From Podarcis filfolensis (lineage: Eukaryota), in NCBI GenBank assembly GCA_964270895.1, contig OZ185435.1: DNA of 64,000 nt, one strand, 5' to 3'. Under the pieces are notes generated by a model. It did not search any database. It was not told where the DNA came from and was given only the letters and a program-made list of their open reading frames with translations. This document shows, piece by piece, positions 40,848 through 53,298 of the stretch (positions are counted from its first letter, which is position 1; the number at the start of each line of letters is the position of its first letter). Made by a program: the position numbers and the translations under genes.

Positions 40848-40971
40848 CAGGGGTGGGGATACCTGTAACCTTCCAGATGTTCTTAGACTACAGCTCCCAT
40901 CATTGGTCATGCTGGTTGGGGCTAATGGGAGTCCAACAGCCTTTGGAGTGCCACAGGTTTTCCCACCCCAT
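40848..40971. mobile_element. hAT MITE (related older copies near 460-520 and 676-795)
   Basis: CAGGGGTGGGGATACCTGT...ACAGGTTTTCCCACCCC TIRs; internal actacagctcccatc / atgggagt inverted pair; partial TSD acctaaca/acctattg. Confidence 0.75.
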
Positions 40972-41299
40972 ACCTATTGGTAGGACCACAGAGAACTGAT
41001 GGGGAACCCCTGCTGAGAAGGCCAGACAGATACACCTGATATCCACTGGGTTTAAGGAGTGGCTTGACTGACTGACTGAACTTGTAGGCCATCCCCTCCT
41101 CACGTGCTCTCTGTGGGAAAGCCACACCAATGTAAAACTCAATAAACAATAAAATCAGCAATAAAATATAATTTAAAATGCCGCCATTTTGATCCGTTTA
41201 ATATATCGCTCAATACGCAGCCAAGTATATCTTGGGCACAAAATGGCTCATTCAGGGGGGGAAACCAATGAAAGTTTTTGCTAGCCAAAACTCAGAGGG

Positions 41300-41900
41300 G
41301 AGGGTGTCCCTTGGGATGCTCTTGCCAAGGAAGCCCTCTGGTGAGCCCACATGGCAGTGCCCTCAAAGCCTGGGCAGGATAATATGGGGAGAGATGCCCC
41401 TTTGAATACCCAGGCCCTAAGCAATTTAGAGCTTTGGACCTCAGTATTAACAGCTTGAATTTCACCCAGTGACAAACAGGCAGCCAGTCCAGATCCTTGA
41501 GAACCAGGGTAATATGGCCTTGTGCAGATATGTCAGTTAGCACTCTGGCTGCTCTCTCTGGACCATCCTCAAGGACCACCCCCATACATAGCTCATTGCA
41601 ATAATCCAGCTGGGAGGCTACTAACGCATGGGTAGGGTAGCTGTAACCAGGCTACCCATGTCCAGAAATGGCCGTAGCTTGTTTTTAATAATGTTAACCT
41701 CTGGCGACACATTTCAGATAACAATCCATCTGACTGTGTAATGTAACCCAAGCAGCTACTGAATAGAAAAGCCCCCGTATTCCAACTTGGGCATGAGGTT
41801 TCCTGCAGAGAGAGTCATCTCCAGCCACTGACTCCCACTAAACTGCCTTGGGCTTTGCATCTGCCAGTGAGAAACTTACAGCACAGCCCTGTTTGATGGA
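41300..41900 (-). mobile_element. L2 LINE RT fragment
   Basis: ORF-track peptide GHITLVLKDLDWLPVCHWVKFKLLIL..KALNCLGPGY; same family as 26832. Confidence 0.85.
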
Positions 41901-42314
41901 GCTTTTCACCCACACCAGCTGCCACCCTTCATTCCTCTTCTGCTGAACAAATGTGTTGGAGGTGTCAAAATTAGTTATGTGGCAATGCAAACAAGTGTTA
42001 ATCCCTCTGTGCAGCTCTGGTTATTTTTATCCCCTAGCTTTCTATATTGCTTCTATGGAGGATGCATGTGTCAGCTTCTCCCCCGCAATGACAGCGAAGT
42101 CTTGTCTTCCAGATCCACTAATGGAGCCTCCTGACTCTCAAAAGAAATGTGACTTCATAACTTGATTGGAGGTTGTACAATAATGGCAATTATTCAATCA
42201 CTCCTTATTATCACGTTGCTGCAGCAGAGGTTGAGGAGGGTGAGTAATTCTGAACTTTGGTCGGCAGTTGCCTGAAATTTCTTGGCAAGTTCTCTTTGAG
42301 CTGGTTCCACATTT

Positions 42315-42716
42315 CAGGGGTTGGGAACCCTTTTGACCCAGTAGGCCAGATTGTTATCTGTCCCCACCCCTGTGGTCCAGCTTTGACAGGTGGGCAGGAC
42401 AAATTAGGACGTCAAATGAGTTGCCCCTCCCATTTGTCTAAGTCCCTTGTGCTGTGTTTTCCAAGTGTCCGATAGTCACCTGGATGCCAGGCGCTTGGGA
42501 ATTGCAGCACAGGCGCTTTGCCAGCAGAGTGTAAGGATGGCAAAGTTGTTTTCTGCAGGAATTAGCTGTCTGATTGAGCTCCCCACAGGAATACATCCCC
42601 ATAAGACCTCAGGAGTGGGGCAGGTATATGAGTTATGGGGAAATGGCCTCAGGGGCCAAATTGGGAACTGTGCTGGTTCAGATTTGGCCTGTCGACTGGA
42701 GGTTCTCCACCCGATG
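42315..42716. mobile_element. Older non-autonomous hAT element
   Basis: CAGGGGTTGGGAACC...GGTTCTCCACCCGATG degenerate TIRs; no TSD seen. Confidence 0.5.
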
Positions 42717-43889
42717 CTTTTGCTTGGTGCTGTATTCCATTTAGTGAGCAATTGACTACGTGAGCTGCATAAACACTGCTTTCCTCTCTCCAGCAAGAAA
42801 GACAAGTAAGATGAAACTTTAATTTCTATACTGCTGTGACCCCATCAGGTTCTGAGCTAAGCTTCTGCCTCCTCTCCTCTCTCCGCAGCTGCTATGTTTG
42901 GATTTCATATATATTTATATGTGCATGGGCATATCTATCTAAGCAGGGGGCATGAAGGTTATATGCTTTTGAAAAACAGCTTATTTTCAGTATGTTAATC
43001 ATTAGTAATTTACTATTGTCCTTTGAGATTTCTCAGGCATTCTAACTCATGGCAGCATAAGTTGGAGGAGAGCTATGCACACCATTGATTTTCTTCTAAC
43101 TGTGGACAAAGCTCTCCAAACAGGAACAATCCATAAAAATTATGAATGGGTGGCAGGCTATTCTGCAGAATGGGCCCTAAGCATAAAAAGTGGCTGCCTT
43201 CATTCCTCAGGAAACTGAAGCACCAGGACCCCGTTGCGGAGTTACCTGGAGAACCTATGGAAAATCTGGTCGCTGAACGGGAGACTTCTGAGACATCTGG
43301 CTGAGCTTGCTTTTGCTAAACAATTTTGCTGTGTTAACATTTGCATCCTCTTGATGTTGGGTTCACATTATGCTGATTTTAATTTAATACACATTGCTTG
43401 TTTTAATACAGTGCTGCATTAGGGAATAATTGACTCTGCAGTGCACACACATAATAACAAGATCACTGCATCAATTTGTCATCATTATATTAACAGGAGT
43501 AGAATTATATATATTTAATGTAAATCAGATTTGGAACTGATTAATTTCTTTTAAAGTGCTGTGCATAATATTACACTTCTAAATAAAAGACCAGATCACC
43601 AGCTGGCATGAATTTGTATTTCATATTCCCTAAAAATAATTGAGCCAACTGATATTCACCAAGGAAAAGCCAAATCACAAAGAACTGACCAAGCTGAATG
43701 AATCGGTGCAGAATGACATCTGGTAAAGCACTATGATGTGTAGTTTTCTAGTTGCTTCTCCAGCATGAAACTCATCCCATATTAGCTGTGCCTTAATACA
43801 ATTTTATTTGTTATTATGATATGTATTTCTGTGTTTTTATATTGTAAACCATCATGGGATCCTTGGATGAAGGGTGGTGCAGAAATTCA

Positions 43890-44082
43890 ATTAATAATAA
43901 TAATAACTAACAACTAACTAATAACAACAACTAACTAATAAAAAAATTAGCAACAAGAAATTTAATTAATAATAATAATAGCTAACAACAACTAACTCAC
44001 TGCAACTAACAACTAACTAACTAATAATCACAACAATAACAACAAGAAATTTAATTAATGATTATAATAAGAACTAATAACT
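43890..44082. repeat. Complex (TAA/CAA/ACTA) low-complexity array after a LINE/SINE-like tail
   Basis: taataataactaacaactaactaataacaacaact...; caacaagaaatttaattaat occurs twice. Confidence 0.85.
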
Positions 44083-47000
44083 GCTAGAAGGGGACTGAAG
44101 CATGACAAGGCATGTGTGGGGTTATGTGGGTGTGTGGCAAAGGAATTACATGATGGTTTCACTGTGTGCCAAGTTCTGCATGGATCCACTCAAGACTGGC
44201 AAAGTGAGGCGGCTGCTTCAGGTAACAGATGTTTCTGGTGTGGGGAAGTGGCACCAATATGTTGGAGGATGGATCTGTGTTTGTCATGTGACCTGCCCCT
44301 GCACCCGCTAAGCTAGCTCCCCATTCTCTGGCTCATGTAAGATGCTGTTCACATCACCAGCGTGGAAGTAAGATACAACTGCCAGCCAGGTCAGCTTCTG
44401 AATATGAAACGGTGAAAGATCAAATTTTATTTCCCCTCAGGTAGAAATTTTCTTGAGCTGGTCTTGGATCCACTCAGTCCACATTCTCAACAAATCCATT
44501 TGAAGAAAAAGATATAACCTGAGGCCTTTCAATGGCACCACAGTGCACAGCTCCAAAACAGGGTACTGATCTGGAACTTATCAGAAGGGCTCATTGAAGA
44601 CTGGGTTTGGGCACTGCTTGATCAGGGCAACAATGGATTGTGTTAAGTCTGGTTTGGGCCTAAATTCTACCCTGACATCCAAACAGAATTGTGTGATAAG
44701 CCGAACTGCAAGCTGACGAGAAATTTGTGAACAGAATCATTGTTCACTTGCAGAACACAATGCATTCAAGGCCCGAGTTTCTACCCAAACACCTCAGGGA
44801 GTTGGTAACGTGAAATACGTCTTCTTGAGACCCTGGATACCTGTTGCCAATCAGCCAACAGAGGGTGTGATGGGCTGAGTTAGCATAAGGCAGCTTAAGC
44901 TGTTCAGTGTGAGCCCATGCATGTAAGAGAAGCAGGCCCAGAATTATGCACACAGCTCCAGCAAAGCCTTCAACTGAGTAAGAATGGTAAGATTACCAGA
45001 CCCAAGCCATTATGCATCCTCATTCATCTCTCTCTTCCAGAAGTTTCATTATAAGAACTGTTTCACTACTGCCAAAATACTACAGTGCTCTGCAATTATC
45101 CAAGACTTTCATTTCATACCTCACTATAAATAGTGTTTCATTAGATTCAAGTTTATCCTAAGCAAGTTCTGTACTCCAGAGGGATGAGGATAGCAAAAAT
45201 GTTTTGAAGGAAGGAAAGATTGTGTATACGGCATAGAACTTGTTCCCTGTGCTAGTCTAATTGTTAACTCTGTTGGCATACATTTGGAGCTCAGCGGTTA
45301 AGGTGGAGGCCAGCTGCATCTTGAAAGTACCAAATTGGAACATTTCCCCAAATTTAGGCTGCAATCCTATGCACACTTGCTTGGGAATGAGTCCCATTCA
45401 AGTCATTGGGACATGCATAGGACTGCACTATTAGAAGATATGTTAAGATATGTATTAGAAGATATGTTAAGATATGTTAACTGAATGCGCAGCAGAATAA
45501 ACTTTTGTGCAACAGTACGATTAGAAAGACCTCTGTTGAAGAAGAAACAGATGCACAGACACAGGGTCAGTTCTAGATTTACATTAATCTGGTACCTCCA
45601 ATCTACTTGCATTTGAATATTTGCCAGGGAACATGGGAACCTTCGTTCATTTAGTTTTTCCTTAAAACACATGGGAGCAAACTGTGGCCCACATTGTGGA
45701 GACCTTCAGTGCAGCTGGAGTCCAAGCCACTCCCCACATGCAAATTGCCATGCATAGTCTGCATGTAAATTGCACACCCCCCCTACTGCCTGCCAAACAA
45801 TATGCTTCAGCTGTTTGGCAGGATGGGGAAGCATGATTGTGGGGAAGGTGGAGTACATGGTCATTCCCATGTGCTGTCCTCTCCATGTAAATTGCACCAT
45901 GTGAATTCCACCTCAAGATCATCCTGAAACTCCTTATCTGGATAATATTGACGTACAAGGCAGATCACCTGTGTTGTGATTTATGTTGGCTGTAAACGAG
46001 TCAGAGAACCTGCACAGGAATTATGCAACAAATGATACATATTCATACTCTGGAATTTAACTGATGCTATACTCTGAGGGGGTAGACAAGAGGACCTGGC
46101 TTCTTTATGCAGAATCAGGGAGCAGCTAATTCCGAACTGTCAGGAGTTCAGCTTTATTTATTTTCTGAAAGTACATTTATAGGTCTCATTATCATCATAC
46201 AATCTATTATTTATAAATTGCATGAAAGACCTAGAAATTGTGCAAGTTACAAAGAAATAAGGAACCTTCCCCCTGAAAAGCAGTTGATGCCAGAGAAAGA
46301 GCCTGCTGCTGCTGCTGCTACTTCTTCCAAGGCCTAAAGGACAATATTTCCACTTTACATAGCCCTCCCCTGTGATCTCCAATCACTATTTTATCCCAGC
46401 ACCCTACACAACTCTCCTTTCCGGTAAAAATCCTGCGACCCTTGCAACATTTGCCACAGGAATAAATCTTGCAAAGTAGATACATGACAATGTATTCAAT
46501 TTGCATAATTTATCATAATCACAGCATCTTGCCTGGATCCATCAATCTATTCTGGATACAGGAGGTCAAATGCATACAGCGAACAACTCTGCCTAGGAAA
46601 GCGGAGGGGGGAGGCAGCACCAAAAGGGAAAAAGAAAAAAGAAAGAGAAAGAAAGCAGCTTCATCTTAATGATAATTTGGGCAGTTTATTTTGAAAAGAC
46701 TGAAGGCAGTTTTTTTTAATTGAAAAAGGGCCCAACAGGTTTCAAAATAAATTCTTTATCAGGAAGTGCTTTGTGGTTCCCCCCCTTCTTTTTCATGGGA
46801 CTTTCTCTCACAGACTCTTCTGTGTAGGTGTGCCTTGCAAAAAGAACCCTGTCCAGAAGAGTTTTCGCATTCATTTCAAAGAAAGGAGTTGATCTGTATG
46901 TTTATTCATTTATCTATCTAGGGGGACCAGCTCTTTCCAGTGAAATGAAAATGGGACAGCTTGTGAGACAATGCAGATTGCTTCTGAGCACTCACAAAGG

Positions 47001-47493
47001 TCAGGATCAAGGCATTTGAGTTTTCTGACTACTGATTTGGGGTTTTGAGTTCCGACCTTTAAATACAGCCGAGATTGTGCAGATGATGTATCCACCTATA
47101 TACTTAGGTGTTTTTTTCTCAGTACTTCATAAGGAACTTCCAAGGTAACGTAGCTGAAATCCTTGACAGAAGAAAACCAGTGGTAATGAAACTGTAGCAC
47201 CGCCAAAATCATACTGGCAGAAACACATTGATTGATCAGCCGCTGTGTTTCACATTCCAGTTTCAAAAGTCAAAGTGAATGTTAGACAAACATCTGTCAG
47301 GCACAGTTTAAATACAGTTGGGCTTGCTTTGGGGTAAATTGCATGCCACACACAAAGGCATATAATCGAGTCCCCAATTTTATTTTATTTTTCAAAATGA
47401 AAAGCCCCCTCAGGAGGCTGCAATTTAGAGCAAAGAAGTGGTGATGGAGTAGGAGGAGAGTACTTAGCTTTTTCTCTGCTGGCCAGCTATATA

Positions 47494-47719
47494 CAGTGGC
47501 ACCTCGGGTTACATACGCTTCAGCTTACAGACTCCGCTAACCCAGAAATAGTACCTCGGGTTAAGAACTTTGCTTCAGGATGAGAACAGAAATCGTGCTC
47601 CGGCAGCGTGGCAGCAGCAGGAGGCCCCATTAGCTAAAGTGGTGCTTCAGGTTAAGAACAGTTTCATGTTAAGAACAGAACTCCGGAACGAATTAAGTAC
47701 TTAACCTGAGGTACCACTG
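47494..47719. mobile_element. Tc1/mariner MITE, same family as 33876
   Basis: TA-CAGTGGCACCTCGGGTTA...TAACCTGAGGTACCACTG-TA; internal caggaggccccattagc shared with 33876. Confidence 0.92.
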
Positions 47720-49621
47720 TAGTGTTATAGGTTTGAGGGGGGGGATAGACTCTCCTAAAATATCAGAATTCTGTAAAAGGTTAGAATTTAAGCAAACCCC
47801 TAAATTTCAGAATCTAGTTGGGACTGGAGTTTAAATCAATTTTACCATGTCTAATAATTTTACCTGGTGGAAGAACCATCAAGAGGTAATCACAGGAATG
47901 GCCGAGTCATTAACCCATTTAAGAAGGTCATTAATGGAGACTCTCTGGGCCAGAGAGAAAATGGGGAAAGCCCTCCCTAAGGTGAAAGATAGCAGAGACT
48001 AAAGGTCAGAGTTTAAGGAAGGAGGGGCAGAATTGCAGAGGGTGATGAGATAAGCACAGAAAAAAAGTGTCAGTTTTGCAAGCCACAGACGGTGGGGGCA
48101 GAGTACGAGGTGGGCAGTCTGTTTTATGCTGCAGAAAGGGTCAGACACAATATCTGGGATCTCTTGGAATCGGAAGCTGTAGCAATGAGAGGAACAGGAC
48201 CCTCTTGGGATGTAAATGCTTTGCACTCTCTCCACGCAGACGCACGTTGTACATATGTGTAAATAAACCATATATCCTAAAGACACCACAGATTCCGCTG
48301 TGGTTTCCAAAAGGAAACACAGATCCTGGTAAGTGCGCCTGGTACCCCTGGAATCTCTCGCTGCTTGGAGATTGAGGTGGTGTGTAACAATATTTTCATG
48401 TGAAGAAGACCTGCCCACTGACTTTTACAAAACCACTTCTGGCCCCAGCATTCTGCGCTTGTATGAAATCATCAGTTTTTCTAGAATAGTTGAAGCTTAA
48501 AGCAAGCAAGAGGCATCTCCCTCCTTGCCACAACTCTCTACCCCAACAGCTACCTTTCTGCCCATATTTCTTATTATATCTTCGCCTACAACTTTCACTC
48601 CTTTAAGTGTACCACCTTTAGCAACCTGAAAGCCTCCTGCTTTCTTAAATGACTATGGCCGTTCTCCTCTGATGAACTTAATAGGCTATATCCAAAGCAG
48701 CACTACATGAATGTTCTGTCAGCACAAGAACCACCTCTCTTCCTTTGCTGAACCCACCCAAATTTATTTTAGGGGTTCCCTCAACCTCAGAGAAGATGGG
48801 GGGCACAGGATGTGTGCGGGGAGAGAAGATAGGAGGAAAATTTGGTTGTGCGAGGAGAAATCCTTGTGCTAATGGAATGAGTACATTGGACACAACATGC
48901 TGCCTAGAACTCTCTCCCAGAACTATGTGGTGCCAATACCTTCTCTCTCCCTCTCCAGTATTCAAGGCCTTTGGCTTAATGCTCATCCCCAACAGAAATG
49001 AAGCCTCAGTAGGTGTTAGCTACATTTGCTCACATACATCCATCCTTTATTTCTCTTGACTTTCTCATCTCCTTCCTCCTCTTTACGTACCCCACACTGT
49101 TGGCATTTAGATTGTATGCTCCTTGGAGGAAGGGACATGTCTTCTTTAGCTAATGCTTTTGCCAATGCTACTATGCACTATGTTGTGCATTTTACTGGTG
49201 CTGCCTAATTAATAGTACTACTAACAAGACATCTGCACTCATGGGTATTACTGAAGAGGAACCGTGAGGGATGGGAAACTTAAATCCAGATGGGCAAACA
49301 TACTCCCCACCCTTGTGGTTTGTACTGATTTCTTATTTCTGTTGACTTTACTAAATGGTTTGAGAACATAGTAGATCCCAGGGGTGGGGGTGGATTTCAA
49401 TATTCCCCTTCAAGTTTCATTTTTAATCTACTTATATGGACAAATCTGTGAAGAAATAAACACAGGAACAAAAACAAGCTCTAGTCATTGGTGGCCCTCT
49501 ATACACAGTTGTGTGTGGAACAACCTCCCTGTCCACTGACCTGCTGCTAGTTTCAGCCAACCCCAGCTGGAAAGGCCTTGTCCTGGGCTCCGGGAGCTTC
49601 TCGACTGGGAGGACAACTCAC

Positions 49622-49821
49622 CTTTCCAATGACATCATTCCGGCTGAGCTTGTCCTTATCCATGACAGTGATGATAATGGTCGTTTCCCTCAGCTTCTCT
49701 GTGGGGATGTCGAAGATGAAGGACTCATTAAAGACTGGGTTCAGGCACCGCTTCATCACTACCGTCTTCTTCTTCTCCACCCGTTTGTCTTTGTACATCA
49801 GCCACACCTTCACGTAGGGGT
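49622..49821 (-). CDS. SYT7: SYT7 C2B exon ([20 protein letters not shown]...[15 protein letters not shown])
   Basis: ctgtgccag| and AAG|gtgagt; 200 nt, phase 1-0; polybasic KKKT and Ca2+-ligand Asp residues intact. Confidence 0.97.
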
Positions 49822-51220
49822 CTGGCACAGGAAAAAAGGATAACATCACTGGGACATAATTTACTGTGGAGGGGAGGTGGAGTTGTAGAGGTACCCAGAA
49901 GGAGCACCCCAGTACCCAGGCTCCAGGTGTTATAAAACTGGGTAGCAAAGGATCATTTGTCTCTTTTTGCCCCAAAGAAGCACCTACATCAGTTTCAAAA
50001 ATACAGGGTTCAGTTTTATTTACATGGAAAGGTTCCAGCTGTTCACTTGCCTTCCATGTGGGAAATGAGCCACTTATTAAATTACATGCCCCAGTCTAAA
50101 CTGCCCTGTAGTTAATGTTCTTTCCAAGCCATTTATGCCAGTTTATTCAAGTAATCCACCCAGTTATTTCTGTCAATGGCCACTTACAATCAGCTTTCCA
50201 ATTCTGATGCAGAATGGGCTATGCTGTCCTCGGTTCTATGTTTGAGGCTTCAAATACCAGCCAATACTGGTGTTTTGTGGTCTCTTGGTAACCAGCAGAG
50301 CCATGTCAGTCTGTTACAACCAGCAGCTTTACAGCTGGTGACAACACTTTCTAGTTTGCTTGCTTCTACAACCAGCCCTTCAGGCTGAGACGTTTATTCT
50401 TAACCGGAGTTCCCACCATTCCTTAACCATCACATTCCAGCGCAGCACTGCTTATGGGATGTTTAAAAAACAAGGTCAAACATTCAGGTTTTCTGCTTCC
50501 AGAGCTTTCCAGGACAGAGAGCCTGCCTCCTCACTAGTAAATGGAAGTCGTAAACTCCATTCTTCTCAATGCAGAAGAGAGAATAATCAAGCAAGCTTTT
50601 GCTGCTCATTAGGTACGGTGTAATTTGATACTGTAGCCTTATGTATGAGATATTTAGTCTGCAGAAGTGAGATAAAATCTAAGAGCAATAAAACATAATT
50701 CAATCACAGTACCTTGTGATAACATTTTATTACACTGCACAGTGTTACACGCTTGTGGAGGTATCCCACCCTAGAACTAAAAAATGTAAAAGAAATCAAG
50801 AAAGTAATATGTTTATATTCCCCCCATTACAAGCTGCAAAAAGGATGAAAGCAGTTTGTCCTTCTGGTACAGACCATAATAAGGGAAATCTCAATCCCAT
50901 TATAGAACAAAGAACTTCTAGGGTTTCTAGTAGTTTTTAAACCTAATGGTATGTGCACTGCCATTCTGATGTACTTGCTCTTCCAAGACCACTCCATTGT
51001 CTGTCTTTATGCCCACTGTAAGGAAAATATTTGACAGATTTCCAAATAAAACTTCACTTTTTGTACACCGGCCAGGACTTAAAAAAGACATATGCATGCC
51101 TGAAGGGGACCTATGTGTATGGCTGGGGGGCAGGGAAGTCAGATGCAAAAGTGGGGAAAGCAATACAATTTTTACTTTTGTACAGTACAGTAGTTTCTGT
51201 ACTTACTTGCACACCCCTAT

Positions 51221-51250
51221 CATCCATCCATCCATCCATCCATCCATCCA
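51221..51250. repeat. (ATCC)n microsatellite
   Basis: Direct observation. Confidence 0.95.
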
Positions 51251-52024
51251 AGCAAGAGGCATTATTAAAGATCAAGGGCACATCCCAGCCAGGCAAAAAC
51301 TCTCAAGGAAGGGTACATAGGAGGACTGGTCTGAGGTGAGGTGGTGGCCTCGAGAGAGTCCCAAGGGCCAGACAAGAGAGGCCTGGAGGGTCACATTCAG
51401 GCCCCAGATTACCAACCCACTGCAGCCATTTGCACTAATATTCCACAATTCTTTTCTCACTGAGTTCTCAGAGAGCCTCCCACCCGTGCCCTGGCCAGGC
51501 CCAGAGCTGCTTAGCTTCAGCAAGGTGGCTCCATCACATGTCCTATGAGCACACAAAAGATAAAGGACTTTTCTGTTTAACATATAAAAATGAAACTGAA
51601 ATGTGAGTTGCCCTTTCAGCATCAGACAGAAACTCTTTCTTCAGTAGCACGCTCTGTTATTTCCATTGTAGGATCAGAAGTATACCTCAGTTTAAGAACC
51701 ACAGCTCTATAAATCTTCTAGCATTGATCAGAAGAAATTCAATGAAGATATTCATCTTCACATTGTCTTGGTTTTTTGTCAAGTAGGCTATGCTAGTTTC
51801 TCTACCCAGGAGGTGAGGCAGGTCAGTTTGAAGGCATTTGTTCTTTCACTCTCTGTCAGCTGGGGATGATGGGCATAACACATGACAGGCTCCTTTGGGA
51901 GGAGACCCCAAGCAAGCAAGCAAGCACACAACACCTGAAAATCAAATAGCTTCTGATTCTCGCCAGGTTTACTTGAAACTAGTAAGTGCACAGAACTCTA
52001 AGGAAATGGTCATTGGTGGTTTGC

Positions 52025-52660
52025 TTTAAGTCTTTTACCTCAAGTGTTGTCCCAGCTACGTTTTGGGATCCCAATACAAATACAAGCATATAAAAGTGAT
52101 TTAGATAAGATACACTCAAGTTTCTTGAGACATATCCTGGGGCTCCCAAGTTCAATCAAGTATGAGACGATGTGTGCAGAACTAGGTATACACACGATGG
52201 AATATTGGATGCGGCCTAGCATTATAAAATACTGGTTGCATTTCCATTTTTGTTGCCAACCTTCGAGTCTGCTTTCTGACTTACATAAGGACTCATATAA
52301 ATCCAGATGGTTCCAATTCTTACATAGCAATATTAGATCTGCTGGTATTGACTTGGAACTCTTGTATAATTCAGGTGAGCAATATATTTATTGCAATATT
52401 CAAACCAGATTAGGGGTCATTGAAATACAAAGCATTGAATCAGCTGTAAATAAAAATTGCTCCCCCAAGTTCTAGGGATTAAATACAACAGACAACAGGA
52501 TCACTTATATTTCAAAATTAATAAATCCAGTCCAACGCAGGGCCTTTATGTTAGCCTGACTGAACGTTTTCCCCTCAGCTTTTGTCAAGGGAAGATACTT
52601 AAACATCCCGAGAAACAATAGACATTGAGGATGTAATTTGAATGTGCCAGACTATATGGA
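52025..52660 (+). mobile_element. Non-LTR retrotransposon ORF2 C-terminal fragment, clade uncertain
   Basis: 143-aa open stretch (FLRHILGLPSSIKYETMCAELG...IIKYWLH) continuing through stops to RRAFMLA*LNVFPSA..KGRYLNIP..NR.*GC, resembling post-RT and zinc-knuckle-proximal LINE sequence. Confidence 0.7.
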
Positions 52661-52776
52661 TGTTTTATGATGGCCCATATTTGTAACGCCTAATAAAGGT
52701 TTGGCAAAGTAAGTAAGAGCTTTAAATCTAAGACTATTTGCCACTGCATAAGAAGAGCTGCTACGGAACCCCATAC

Positions 52777-52891
52777 CTGATGTTCCCCCGATGTCCATGG
52801 CTTTAAGATTCCGAGCTTTGATAATGTTCACAACAATGGAGTTAGCTGAAGGGTTGTAGCAAAGTGACAGGAGAAGCTCTCCTCGGCTTCC
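52777..52891 (-). CDS. SYT7: SYT7 C2B first exon ([38 protein letters not shown])
   Basis: ttctctgcag| and CAG|gtatgg; 115 nt, phase 0-1. Confidence 0.97.
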
Positions 52892-53128
52892 CTGCAGAGA
52901 AGAGTTAGCAGAGATAGAGGAATTATTATGTAACATCACCCCCCTCCGATTCCCCACTGTAAACGTTGAACAGAAATCACCCCAAGACTGTTCAGGATCT
53001 AGCCAGCTTTCCTCATTCCGCATGGAATTAGGAATCATATACGGCCAGCCCCCAATGCATGCATGCACTGAGCCAACCTTGGATATTCTGGATCAGCCCT
53101 CTGTTTCAAAACAAAGCAAGGATCTTAC

Positions 53129-53298
53129 ACTCCCATCACTGCAGGGCTTTAGTTCTTTCCAGAATGTCTGCATCTGGGTCAAGTCCACTTTGTTGAGGGG
53201 AATGGACACCTCCCCAATGGGATCGTTACGACTGAACCGATCATAATCCAGAACCTGTAGATAGAGCACCCGCTGAACCACTTTCTCATATGGGAAAC
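53129..53298 (-). CDS. SYT7: SYT7 C2A second exon ([31 protein letters not shown]...[10 protein letters not shown])
   Basis: cttttggcag| and AGT|gtaaga; 170 nt, phase 1-0. Confidence 0.97.

Noticed and set aside
45432-45482. Short tandem duplications (ttagaagatatgttaagatatgt twice; also aagacttacattccaa twice near 23349-23385)
   Set aside because: Local slippage duplications; no spacer structure or cas genes, so not CRISPR-like.
50219-50239. Partial canonical RE1-like sequence (ATAGAACCGAGGACAGCA on -)
   Set aside because: Two mismatches in the conserved CAGCACC half-site; too weak to call.
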